Assembly (NCBI GenBank): GCA_002633005.1
Contig: NMRA01000019.1
Span: 1,506,714-1,570,713, forward strand
Reading direction: 5' to 3'
Length of the DNA: 64,000 nt
Origin: Phoronis australis
Taxonomy: Eukaryota > Animalia > Phoronida
Part shown: positions 28,067 to 38,679 of the stretch, piece after piece
Numbering within the stretch: the stretch's first letter is position 1
Layout of the letters: each line of letters opens with the position of its first letter
Notes under the pieces: generated by a model
The model's input: only the letters and a program-made list of their open reading frames with translations
Told to the model about the DNA's origin: nothing
The model's database searches: none
Position numbers and translations under genes: made by a program

Positions 28067-28329
28067 AGGACCATCCCAGATTACTCAGCGACACCCGAAT
28101 CTTGCTGTACACACCCACGATGCCGCAAACATCCGTTGTTGTCGACTTCTTATTTTCAACTTTTTCTCTGTTATATTACTGTATTCGACCTTCTAATGCC
28201 AACGAATTATTACTGCTGTGCTGTAGGCTGCAACTCCAAGGTGAGATAGTTCGATAAATTGGACAAATACTCGTAAATGCGTGATCTGAAATTCTTCGCC
28301 TTCTATCTCCGTGTAATCCGAGACGGTCT
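28067..28329 (+). mobile_element. MITE derived from a THAP-domain DNA transposon (ISL2EU/Harbinger-like)
   Basis: AT|aggaccatcccagattac ... gtaatccgagacggtct|AT TIRs. Decayed THAP start at 28196: MPTNYYCCAVGCNSKVR*FDKLDKYS*MRDLKFFAF. Confidence 0.7.
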
Positions 28330-29310
28330 ATTTAAAAATTTAGGTTCGTCTATACACAAAACGCGATGAACACACTTGCAATGTTATCGGCCTTGTCTTG
28401 ATCGTTTGGGTTGAATATGCATACCCACTGTCATGGCATTTGTAAAATTATGCTACAATTATTGTGAATTATGGCACACATTTGGTAAAATCATTCAAAT
28501 GCATTTTTATTATTCATTGCATTCTTGTGCATGCGTTTCATGTAGCTTTTATTGTGTTGAAGAAGCAGATGACATGTTTATCTGCATTAGTTGCAGTGGG
28601 AACGGTTTTTATGTTTTCAAAATGGTGCTACTGGTTTCGACATGACAAACTTTGCTTTTAGTTATTCATATATTCAAATGTATTGCATTATGTCCACTGT
28701 ATGTTGTTGCGTTACTATTTGTGTATATGTGTACATTAGACTGGATTTTCAAAAGTCTGGTACTGGTTAAGGTATATCTTTGATAGAACAAACCATACCT
28801 GCTTTATATCGCTGAAATTTCGTTGATATGCGGTGTGCAAATTGTTATACTGGCGTGATTCTAAAATACCTAGTTACCGTGGAAACGGTGTGTGATCAAG
28901 CTGGCCAACGTCCCTAAGTTTTTAGGAAGAGTTACTGAAAGTATTTCAATTTTTCATGTTGCTTGCCTTCTAACAAGACTGCCATCAAGCTTCAAATTTG
29001 CTACGATAGAAATGATACGCACTTCCGTTTAGCGACTCCCTAAGTTTCAACAAAGATTCATTTGAATTTGGCAAGGTTTTCTGCTTATACCATGCATTTT
29101 CCCTTAAACCTGCCAAATTAGTGACAAAACAACTAATTACCTTGATAACGATACATATAATTCAGCTTGTCAACCCACGAAGTTTCAAGGAAAGATCACT
29201 GTGCTGTCAATATACATGTTGACAGTTTTGTTGTGTATTTTTGAGTTGAGAGTGAATACCATGCATTTTTGGAAACTTCATGGAATAAAATGTTAGAAAC
29301 TAATTGATTC

Positions 29311-32300
29311 AACATTGGCAGCCACTTGGAATTTCAAAACTGGCGCCCTTGAAAATACTGTAATACATTTTGTTCAGTTATATCTGCTTTTGGGTAACTT
29401 AGAACGTTAGTTTAAATGGTTGCACCCAGATTTGCGTAGTCGTACTCAAAAGCCCATTTATTGGATTTGGTAGTCACATTTTTTAAATGCGTTCTTCACA
29501 TGTTCCAAGAGATATACTATCTTACTTCAATGCATATTTTATTCAGATTTGTTTCGTTTAACACCTTAAACTCAACCAGTATCTATTCAACTTATTTAGG
29601 TTTGCAGAACATGAATGCTTATTGTAGTGTCAATAGTCTTTCAAAATTAGTCTACAGGTCATCACTATCGCCATTACTCTCATCGGTGTCACCAGGAATC
29701 ACATCATCGTAAGAGTCCTCATCATTCTGAAATTCTGCACTACACTGACGTGAATCTCTACAGTTAGGTCATTTGATAGGTAAGAGCCTCTTTGTGAAGA
29801 GAAATCCTGTTTGCACTGGTCTCTAACCATCTCAATGATAGCCTCAGGCGCCAGAAGATCCTCAGTTGTGAGAGGTTTCAGCTGTTCATCATTGTCCTTG
29901 TAAAACTCAATCTGAAACGTGTAAAGGACCTCTTGTCGAGCAATGGCTGCCTGACCCCACATTCTGGTGTGAATTTACATCCTCGGCAAATGTTTTTTCA
30001 AAGCACCAATGGTTGGTGGAAGTTTGACGCTGTCAGCCATAAGTTTGCAAAAGAGGCTCCTTCTCAGCTCTGTGATACTTTGATATATTCCAATACCTCT
30101 TGGTGAGTACACAGCACATGTCAAACGGGCTATTGTTAACAGAAGTTCACCTGACACTTCAGAAGCAGTACAAAGAGTCTGCAGTGCACTGACAACATCA
30201 CTGTCCAACTTCAAATAGAATCGACCAGTGATGTCTGTCCGTGTAAAATCATGGAAAGCCGGAAGAGCTTCTGCCCCGGTAGCACGTAATGCTGTCCATA
30301 TTGCATTCAGTTCCACAATCCCATATGCCATGGAGACTGAACTATTTCTGAGAAGCCTGTCATGATGGTCAATGACGAGACGAGTACCAGTGAAAAAATA
30401 TCACCTGAGAATCATGGACGATCTGGTGTGATGCCAGGACTGCATGATGTATTAGCAATGTATCTGCTACTTCGTGATTTTTTTCGTCCAAGCGTGGATG
30501 ACGTCCGTTGCTCTTTCTACATCCTGAAGCTATCTTGTCATTGTCAAGTGTCTTCTTTTCAGACCGATATTCAGTCAGTCGAGCGTTTGCTTGGTCATGA
30601 GAGACGACAGCTCATTGGGATATTTTTGATGTTAGTCTCATCTCTTATCTGGTACACTACTGAATCCATTCCTCGTCTCGGATTTTTTCTTTTGTTGTCT
30701 GCTTCTAAGAGTTGTATCTGCAAAAAAACCAAAATGATTTCATCGTAATTTCTAAGTAAAAACGTCAGTTTGTCATAGAACCGTTCGCTAATATCCTTGT
30801 CTGTCACAACAGATTAGCTTTTGGACCACTGCCATGCTATGGACAAGTGTAATTTCGTGGCTTGGGTGAACACACTGTGGATGTCGTTTCCATGTTTTCT
30901 GGATGTAAAGGCTCTCTTGCAGCTTGATGCCTGTCCTGCTCTAAGACGTCTGCTTCGGAAAGATTCTGCCGAAAGTGGATAAGCATTGTCCCACTGGCAG
31001 CAAAGAAGGTTCTTGATGTTATGATCAGTTCGTAGTGGCCAATAATATGTTTCTGTTCGATATGTCTATTTGACCTGACAAGTATCAGTAGTCTTGGAAC
31101 AGGTCCTTTGTCTTTTTAAGATCCACGGTGTTACCACGGAATTTCATGGTTGTGCTTCCTTGTTTCCTGACATGAACATCTTCCATGTAGGTATTGTTCA
31201 CCCTTTTGTCTGGTAACCAAAGACTTTCATCTCCTCTAATTCCATTAAAGGCAAAATCTCCGTGCAGTGCTTGACCCGTATCATCAGCCTACACGATCTT
31301 TGGAGCATGCTTTTGTGGGACATACGGTCGTGTAATCATGTTGTACAGCTGCTCAACCTGCACGGTAGCTGGACTGCCGTAGTTGAGTATGACACTTTTA
31401 ATCTTGTCATTGGCATCTTGAACCCTCATGATTAGGTTTATTCGCAAGTCAGGTTGCTATTGCTTGATACCTATTTCAGTGTTGTACTGACACTTGAAAT
31501 CTCCGGACAGACAGGACAGTTCTGGAGTTGCCAGGAAGAATCTGTTCCTGGCATTAACAATGCTGGAAATACCGGTCCGTCCAGTATGGACCTTCATCAT
31601 CCGGATGAGGTGCTCTAAAGCGTGGTCTGCACCAATGGACACGAATGGAATTTCAGTTTTGGTGACTGACATGTTGCCTATTCCAAGTTTAGTCCAGGTG
31701 TCGGGGTGGTCGGTTCTTAGGTCCTGCAAATCAGCAATGAATCTGGGCCAGATTATTTTGCACTGATGCAATCACAGGCAATGATGATCTTAATCGTTTC
31801 ATCATCTGCCTGGAGATGCAGAGTGAAGTCAGCATTTCGAGATGCTGTCAAAAATAGCAGGATGGTTTTTAACTCGATGTAAATAATTCATACTGGCGTT
31901 GGGTGATATTTGGGCCTCCAATGTTTCCGATATCTCGACAATTATCAACAATTCAAGGAAATTGTAGCGAGATTTCTCTGTGCTCCCGGCCTTTCTGGTC
32001 TTGTTCTTCTCTAAACAGGCCGTTTCTGCTGACCGTTTTACAGCCTCTCAGCCGATGGATTCTACCTGTGGGTTTTCTTTATATAATTCATCTAAGTCTA
32101 TACCAAGCAGTGCTGCATATGAGTAAATGTGGGTTCGGAGAGTGCGCTTTTAGTGAGTGTTCTTTAAAATCTGTCTAGTCGTTGTGCCAAAGACGTCGGC
32201 TGTTACCCAGGCACCATCTGTGCCGGAATAGTCTATGGACGTCCCGAGAGTTCTCAGAGGTGCCATTAGGGTCACTGTTTGCTTCATTCCAGGTCAGGTA

Positions 32301-33006
32301 TCCAGGAGCTGTACAACCTTCTCGTTTAGTACCATGCCACATGAAATGACAGTTGGATGAGATTTGTCAACAGCCAGCCTCCTCAACTGACACGTTTTCA
32401 TACCAGCTGTCACCAGGGTCGACCATACATGAACCATAATATCAAAATCTTCAAAAGTAGTGTTTCAAATGTCTTTCTAAAGAATATACATGTAGATGTA
32501 TACTGTAAATAAAGGTTATACTGCGTTTCTGTGGTTATTTTAAATATTCTTTGGGTTCGTAACTTCATTTAAAAATGTCTTAGATTATATGTAGCATTTT
32601 AGAAATAATGTTTTTTAATTCCTTGTCCCACAAAATGTGGCGGCAGCCATTAAAACTAACATTCTAAGAGACCCAAGGGCAGAGATAACGAACAAAGTTT
32701 ATTTTACGGGCGCCATTTTTGAAAATCAAAGATGGCCGCTAAAATATTAAATTAAATTGTTCTATTCCTTGCCCCAAGAACTGCTGGTTTAGTCATAAAA
32801 ACGAACATTCTATGTGACCCAAGTGATGAGATATTGAGCAAAATAAAATTTACTGGCGCCAATTTTGAAAATCTAAAATGGCCGCCAAAATCATAATCCA
32901 TTATTTCCTGATTCGTCATTCTTTGAGGCTTCCAAAAATATATAGTTTCCACTTTGCCCCAAGAATTCCAGCAAATGTCAAAATTTGGACATAGCGAACC
33001 TCACTA
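29311..33006 (-). mobile_element. Decayed Academ (AcademX-type) DNA transposon inside the growth-factor intron
   Basis: Frameshifted transposase pieces in the expected order: LMAPLRTLGTSIDYSGTDGAWVTADVFG (~32190-32270), FVSIGADHALEH..NARNRFFLATPEL (31457-31771), YDEIILVF (30595-30807), XPG/H3TH-like ALPAFHDFTRTDITGRF and LPPTIGALKKH (29975-30331), eroded Cys finger APEAIIEMVRDQCKQDFSSQR (29699-29962). Imperfect inverted repeats at 29311-29433 / ~32632-32745; TAG-type terminus at 33006. Confidence 0.8.
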
Positions 33007-34277
33007 ATACTTTGAGCATAGTTGCATGCTTCTAACATGGCTTTGCCATCAAACCTAACATTGCTGATTTAGGTGGGCTGATTAAATTGGCCGGTTCACC
33101 CGAACCATTCTTCTATATTTCTACCAATTATTGGATGGGTCTTCCGACCTCGAAGCTCATTCCCTAGGGAAATTTGAAAAATACAAGCCTCATATCGCCA
33201 CCCAATTTTCCTCATATGAGGCCGATTATACTCCGCAAAGACTTTGATAACCTGCGAAATCGTCACTCGACGGGGTTTGAATTATGTCTAATCATTCAGA
33301 ATTAACCGGATCACTAGGGAACTCCAATGCTGCAGGCTGAGTATTCCTATTCGAATCTAACCGGTTTCTTTTGACATTAAATATTTCAGTTTAGGCTGGA
33401 AAAGCACTGTTGGTTCTGGACTGTGCCCCGATTCATTTTGAGACTAAAGAAACAATAGAAAAACATCCGTCTGCATCAGTTTCAGCCAAGGTATCGTTCT
33501 TTTACTGAAAACCTGATAAAACACAAACAATTGAGGTACGCACGATTTGAAACCTTACCAAACGAGGCAAAATTGCATGCCATTGTTGCACTCATCTGTG
33601 CTTGAGGAAGTTGGTTTAGCCACAACCGACATCAATGGTTTGCAAGAGTAGCGATCAGATTAAGTGTAATAAGGGGTAAGTCGAGAAAAGAAAGACACTA
33701 TGAAACATGTAGAAGACAAAGAATTCGTATAATATTTGACAACTACCTGAATTGCTACAATTGCTCATTGAGAACCTTGCCTAGAAAATGTTGCTAGGGG
33801 TCCCTAGTTTATGCAACAGGGGTCCTCTAAATCCACTTGAAGACTAACAATTTGACACGGATTTTGAAATTCAAAAAATACAAGATAGGCATTAAAACAG
33901 TTTTTCCTCCAGGCATCCCTCTCTCGCGAGGGATAGTAGAGTCATCTGTCGTTATGTGTTTTCGTATCTTTTTTCTGAAATTGTGTTTTACTTGACATAG
34001 ACTGAGTTGCGTTTGGAATTTTCCTCTTTTAAGAGGTTTTAATCTTATTTGATTTCCAGTTTCCCCTCTTCTCATCTCTTTTTTATCATCATTTTGACTT
34101 TATTCAATCAAAAACGCTCGTTTATACATGTTCAACACAAAAAAAAACATTTCTCTCACATAAGCCTATTTATTCGCGGAAAATACATAACCTGGAGAAT
34201 TTTCGCCTTTTTTGTCATTGGTCATTCCAAGCCATGACTGGGACCTGGAGGAGAGGTGTCATAATGATGGCATCAAT

Positions 34278-34634
34278 AGGGCCACCCTGACTACACAGCG
34301 ATAGAACTCTCCTTTGTCCGGAGATTAGAAAGCGCGTTCGTTTTGGAAATCAGGCACATTTCCGTGTCTCTCATTGATGTCGGGAAGGAGAAGAATTTCG
34401 TACCACTCATCCACAGGTATTTGTCCAATTTTTTAAAAATTTCAAACGTCTGAGTTGCAGCGGGAAGCACAGCAGTAATACTTCGTTGGCATTGGAACAG
34501 AGAAAAGCTTGTAAAGAATCGAACAAAAACAAATAACAAGTGAAACTCCAGTGGCAAGAAAACGAGACTACAAGTGTGTCTGATCGATGTTTAGGGCATT
34601 GTGGGACAATACAACGAGATACGAGTGTCATTGT
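34278..34634 (-). mobile_element. Second THAP-fragment MITE of the same family as 28067-28329 (5' end lost in the gap)
   Basis: Minus-strand ATG at 34492: MPTKYYCCASRCNS/..KKLDKYLWMSGTKFFSFPT. TIR AT|agggccaccctgactacacagcga at 34276; shared cccac(a/g)atgcc..aaacatc upstream motif. Confidence 0.7.
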
Positions 34635-34907
34635 NNNNNNNNNNNNNNNNNNNNNNNNNNNNNNNNNNNNNNNNNNNNNNNNNNNNNNNNNNNNNNNNNN
34701 NNNNNNNNNNNNNNNNNNNNNNNNNNNNNNNNNNNNNNNNNNNNNNNNNNNNNNNNNNNNNNNNNNNNNNNNNNNNNNNNNNNNNNNNNNNNNNNNNNNN
34801 NNNNNNNNNNNNNNNNNNNNNNNNNNNNNNNNNNNNNNNNNNNNNNNNNNNNNNNNNNNNNNNNNNNNNNNNNNNNNNNNNNNNNNNNNNNNNNNNNNNN
34901 NNNNNNN
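34635..34907. other. Assembly gap (273 N) followed by a poly-C run
   Basis: Ns in the sequence; C run at 34908-34922. Confidence 1.
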
Positions 34908-36580
34908 CCCCCCCCCCCCCCCGACGCTACTGCGTCCACTCCTTGTGTTTTACTGGCACCTTTGAAATTCTAAAGTAATTTAAAGTTTTATGGGATCTTA
35001 TTGACAAATCTACAGAAGTATAGATTTGACCTCGTTAAAAATACGTACGGTTTCCTAAAGTAGATAATCTGTAGAATTTTATTTTTGACGGTTGACCCAA
35101 CTTCCATAAATTTGGTCACACCGGGACCATGTCATTTCAGTAGTAAACTTGAACCAAAAAGGTACGTTGATAACAAACAACGGTACCAATAACATCATCT
35201 GACTACCGACCTATTGTATCCATGAGGCTTTCACAGATATCTGATGCACCAAATTATACATGTACGAGTTTATAGTTTAATAACGCCACGACTGTACATA
35301 GACACAGAATATTCGTGAATGCCTAGCATTAATCCGTGTCCCTTGACCTCATGTCCTTCGCAAATTAATTCTTTTCAACTGCATCAACAATGACATTCTT
35401 TGGTTTCCGACTGGAAGAGGTCGTGTCTGCATGCTGACACAATTTGCAAGATGCTCAGGAAAAAATAGAGCCACCTTGTCAGGAGTTGTCTTCCTCCTAG
35501 CCAACATGTACATGTAAGTTATCACAGTCTCTATTCAGTCACCGCGTAACAAGGTAGTCCACCACGAACAAAAACTACTATAAGAAGTTAAAAATAAATG
35601 CGACAGACGTCACCTCTAAGATCAAGTACATTTAAGGTGTTTATATAGCCAGATAGCTAGGCAATAGGGCACACACTTAACAAATGCCCAAAGAGGGGCA
35701 GACAGGTCAAGTATCATGCCCAAACGAGCGTAATGAAAACAGGTCAATATACAGATAGACTAGATAAACTATAGATAACCCAGCAATGACAACTTTTCTT
35801 AACGAGTTGTTTTTTTTTCAAAGAAAGTAGAATGGAAGATGTCAAAAATATTGTCGATTTCAATTCCGAGTAAAACGATTAAATCCAGGACTCAGATCAT
35901 GCGTTCCATTGAGGCGAGAAAATCTTCGCGAGATATTATCGTGAACTACAAGCCAAGCACGCCATAGTCACACTAGTTTTCTTAGCAAGATTTTTGTTTT
36001 AACAAAATCCTACCTAGGTAAGAACGTGGACACTTATCTAACAAGACATTAAAAAACCCAGAGGAAAGACGCATTACTGAAAATTTGCCGAAGAGCTATG
36101 AGTGGGATTTAAAACAAAACAACGACTAACATTACAGTGATTGCAAAAAAAATGATATTCGTTTCTGTCAAACCACTATTTAAATTAAGTCAGGAATTTT
36201 CCAGAATAAGGAGCCATGCACAGATTTCATCTCTTTTGCCCAATACTCTAAGTAGGGCTCTGAATCTAATCAAGATATTTTGACATATTCTACTTTTGTA
36301 CGTACTCAACATAGATGTCTATTGTTGAGTATGCAATTGCTCTAGGTGGTTAACTAATCCTCGTTTGCACTTATTTGAAGCTAAAAGGTCTGCATTCGAA
36401 ATATCGAATTTTTGCTGGAGTTGCTGGGCACTCGGGTCTGGAGGTTGTGTGAGGTTATATTGACCGAGGGAGAGCAGCATTGCTCTTCAGAGGTCCATGC
36501 GACTTGATGTCACCTTCGGGATCGTTTCACATTTCTGTATTGATTTAACGCAACGAATGTGCGACTTCCTTTAATTTCAG

Positions 36581-36672
36581 ATAGTTCTTTTCATTCTCTA
36601 TTGGTTGCACGGCGCTACAATGAAATCCCTAACCAAACATTCCACCACACCGACAGAAATCTCAACAACAAG
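36581..36672 (+). CDS. Neurotrophin/spaetzle-like gene, second coding exon (IVLFILYWLHGATMKSLTKHSTTPTEISTT-R): signal-peptide core and start of prodomain
   Basis: Acceptor cttcctttaatttcAG (36580), donor AAG|GTaggc (36673), 92 nt. Phase 0 in and phase 2 out match both neighbouring exons. Confidence 0.8.
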
Positions 36673-38117
36673 GTAGGCTTTACTGTTGGAGATGGTTTCC
36701 AGGCTTAGCAATTGTTTTTGTTATTCTTTGTTTAACAAACTTGAATCACCTGATCTCTTAGTATTTATTATGCACCACCTCTTCCAGACTATACATGCGT
36801 GTGTGGACCTATCGCCTACCTAATTTACGAATGCTGGTGTAAAACAATATCATTACGAAACGGCAGAACTCTCACTTTCAGTACTTCGAATCTATTCTGA
36901 CACATAATTTGCATGGTCACGTTGTGTCCAATCGCCGATTATTTTGTTTTGAGGTGTTCACACGGCGTGTCTCCGATTACACCAAGACAAGCGTGGACAG
37001 ATAGCTAACAGCTGAGCAGACTGCTTCAAGTGATCACGCCAAGGCGCGAACTACTGAATGAACTAGCAGCTGCTTCATTCAATTGCTGTGTTTTCACATC
37101 TTGGGGTGAGCTGTCACCTCAACTAGGGTTCACTTGAAACAATTAGCTCCGTCCGTAGCTACCCGTCTGCGCTGGCCTTTACTGTCCATGTCTACTGCTG
37201 ACTTTGAGACCATTTATCAAAGTGCTGTGAGCAGAACACGCTATATCATCAATCAACATCTTTGAACTTACTCGTGAAGCTGAACTCTTCAGACAACAAA
37301 AAAGATAAAATCTTCCGTCAATTTATTATTCGAAATTGACAGGGAGATACAAAAATCATTTACAAATAGTTTACTTTTTTAAGTTTGTTTGACACGAGTT
37401 TGGCAAAACACGGAAGACGGCTAAAATTCAAGTTAAACAAATTTTTTGTCCACACAACAAAAAATCCTCAGAGCCGCCTGTTCTTGTATTCCCATACAAC
37501 AGTCACCAAAAATAATCGGAGCACCCGGAAATATCTGAACCACGCTAGTGGTTGGAAAATGCCAGAGCCTGCGACTTTGGAGACTTTTGTACCCTGATCC
37601 AAGATCATGATTTGTTTTGACGTACAGCATTCAAAAATCGTTTCAATTTATACTTTAGCAGTCTCATTAGAATATCTCGGTTCCAATTTTTTGTTAAAGC
37701 GATGTTGCGTCACAGTGGAGAGGAGTGAGTGCAATTTCTGGGATTCTGTTCAATATGTTTTCAATGCCGTTCAACCCCTGCGTGTTCTTTTGAAACTGAC
37801 CATGACTGAAATTTCTCATGTGTAAAATTATCGCGAAAACCAATACGCCACGTAAAAGCAAGATTACACCACACTGAAAGTAAACCTCTTCTACCCAAAA
37901 AAGAACTTCATGGATATCTTTAACTCAGTTGCAAGTAATTCACTTATTGATAAACAGAGTTATGCTCAAACAAAACAACCATCTGTCATTTTACTTTTTT
38001 AATTCCTAGCTTTATTGTAATTTTGCCCAAAAGGCTCAACTGGTTTTCAGCCCTTTATTGTTCCGTGTTGCCGTTTTTAATTGCATATCTTTGCTTATGC
38101 TCGCCCTCTTGTTTCAG

Positions 38118-38679
38118 GCTTTTGCACCAAGGAAACGGGAGTATTGTCTTTCATAATAATAAATATAATTATAATAAAACACGGCAGCATCAAGATTTAA
38201 CCGACTCGCTGTTTAATGGCATTGATATGCAATATCTTACAAGTAGTAATCCGCTGGATTTATTTCACAAAGTACAAACTTACAATCGAAAGTTAGAACG
38301 ATTTAAAAGACAGACGTCATCGAAATTAGATTATGATAATCAGAGATTGTGCTGCCCCACAGTGTCGAAAAGGGTAAAATTACTCGGCGGAAAGACCAAG
38401 GACAAGAAATTTGTGAAGCTATTTAATACTCGGAATTCGACACAAAGATTTTACATCACGAAGTGCCACAAAGACTTTAAGCACAAAAAATGTCAATTCA
38501 TTGAACCACGATATAAAGAGCTTGCATTATGCTTGCCTTTAAAAAGTTGGACTTACGCAGTCGTGCGAGACTTCAACAGCACCAGCGATTCGGACTGGAG
38601 GGTGGATTACATACAATATGACGTGGGTTGCACGTGTAAAATGCGTCGCTTACTTCCGGAAGACAGGACACCTCGGTGA
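38118..38679 (+). CDS. Neurotrophin/spaetzle-like cystine-knot protein, last coding exon (prodomain, RFKR site, mature domain)
   Basis: Acceptor ctcttgtttcAG (38117); furin site RFKR at 38299-38310. Cys pattern CC..C..C..C..CxC with QRFYITKC, CQFIE and DYIQYDVGCTC parallels NGF QYFFETKC, CRGID and RFIRIDTACVC. Stop TGA at 38677-38679. Confidence 0.9.

Noticed and set aside
34540-34978. ORFs of 103-141 aa
   Set aside because: Artefacts of reading through the N gap.
38023-38117. Hydrophobic N-terminus of the 218-aa track ORF (MPKRLNWFSALYCSVLPFLIAYLCLCSPSCF) as signal peptide
   Set aside because: It starts at TTG and is the translated polypyrimidine tract of the intron; the upstream exons supply a proper ATG and signal peptide.
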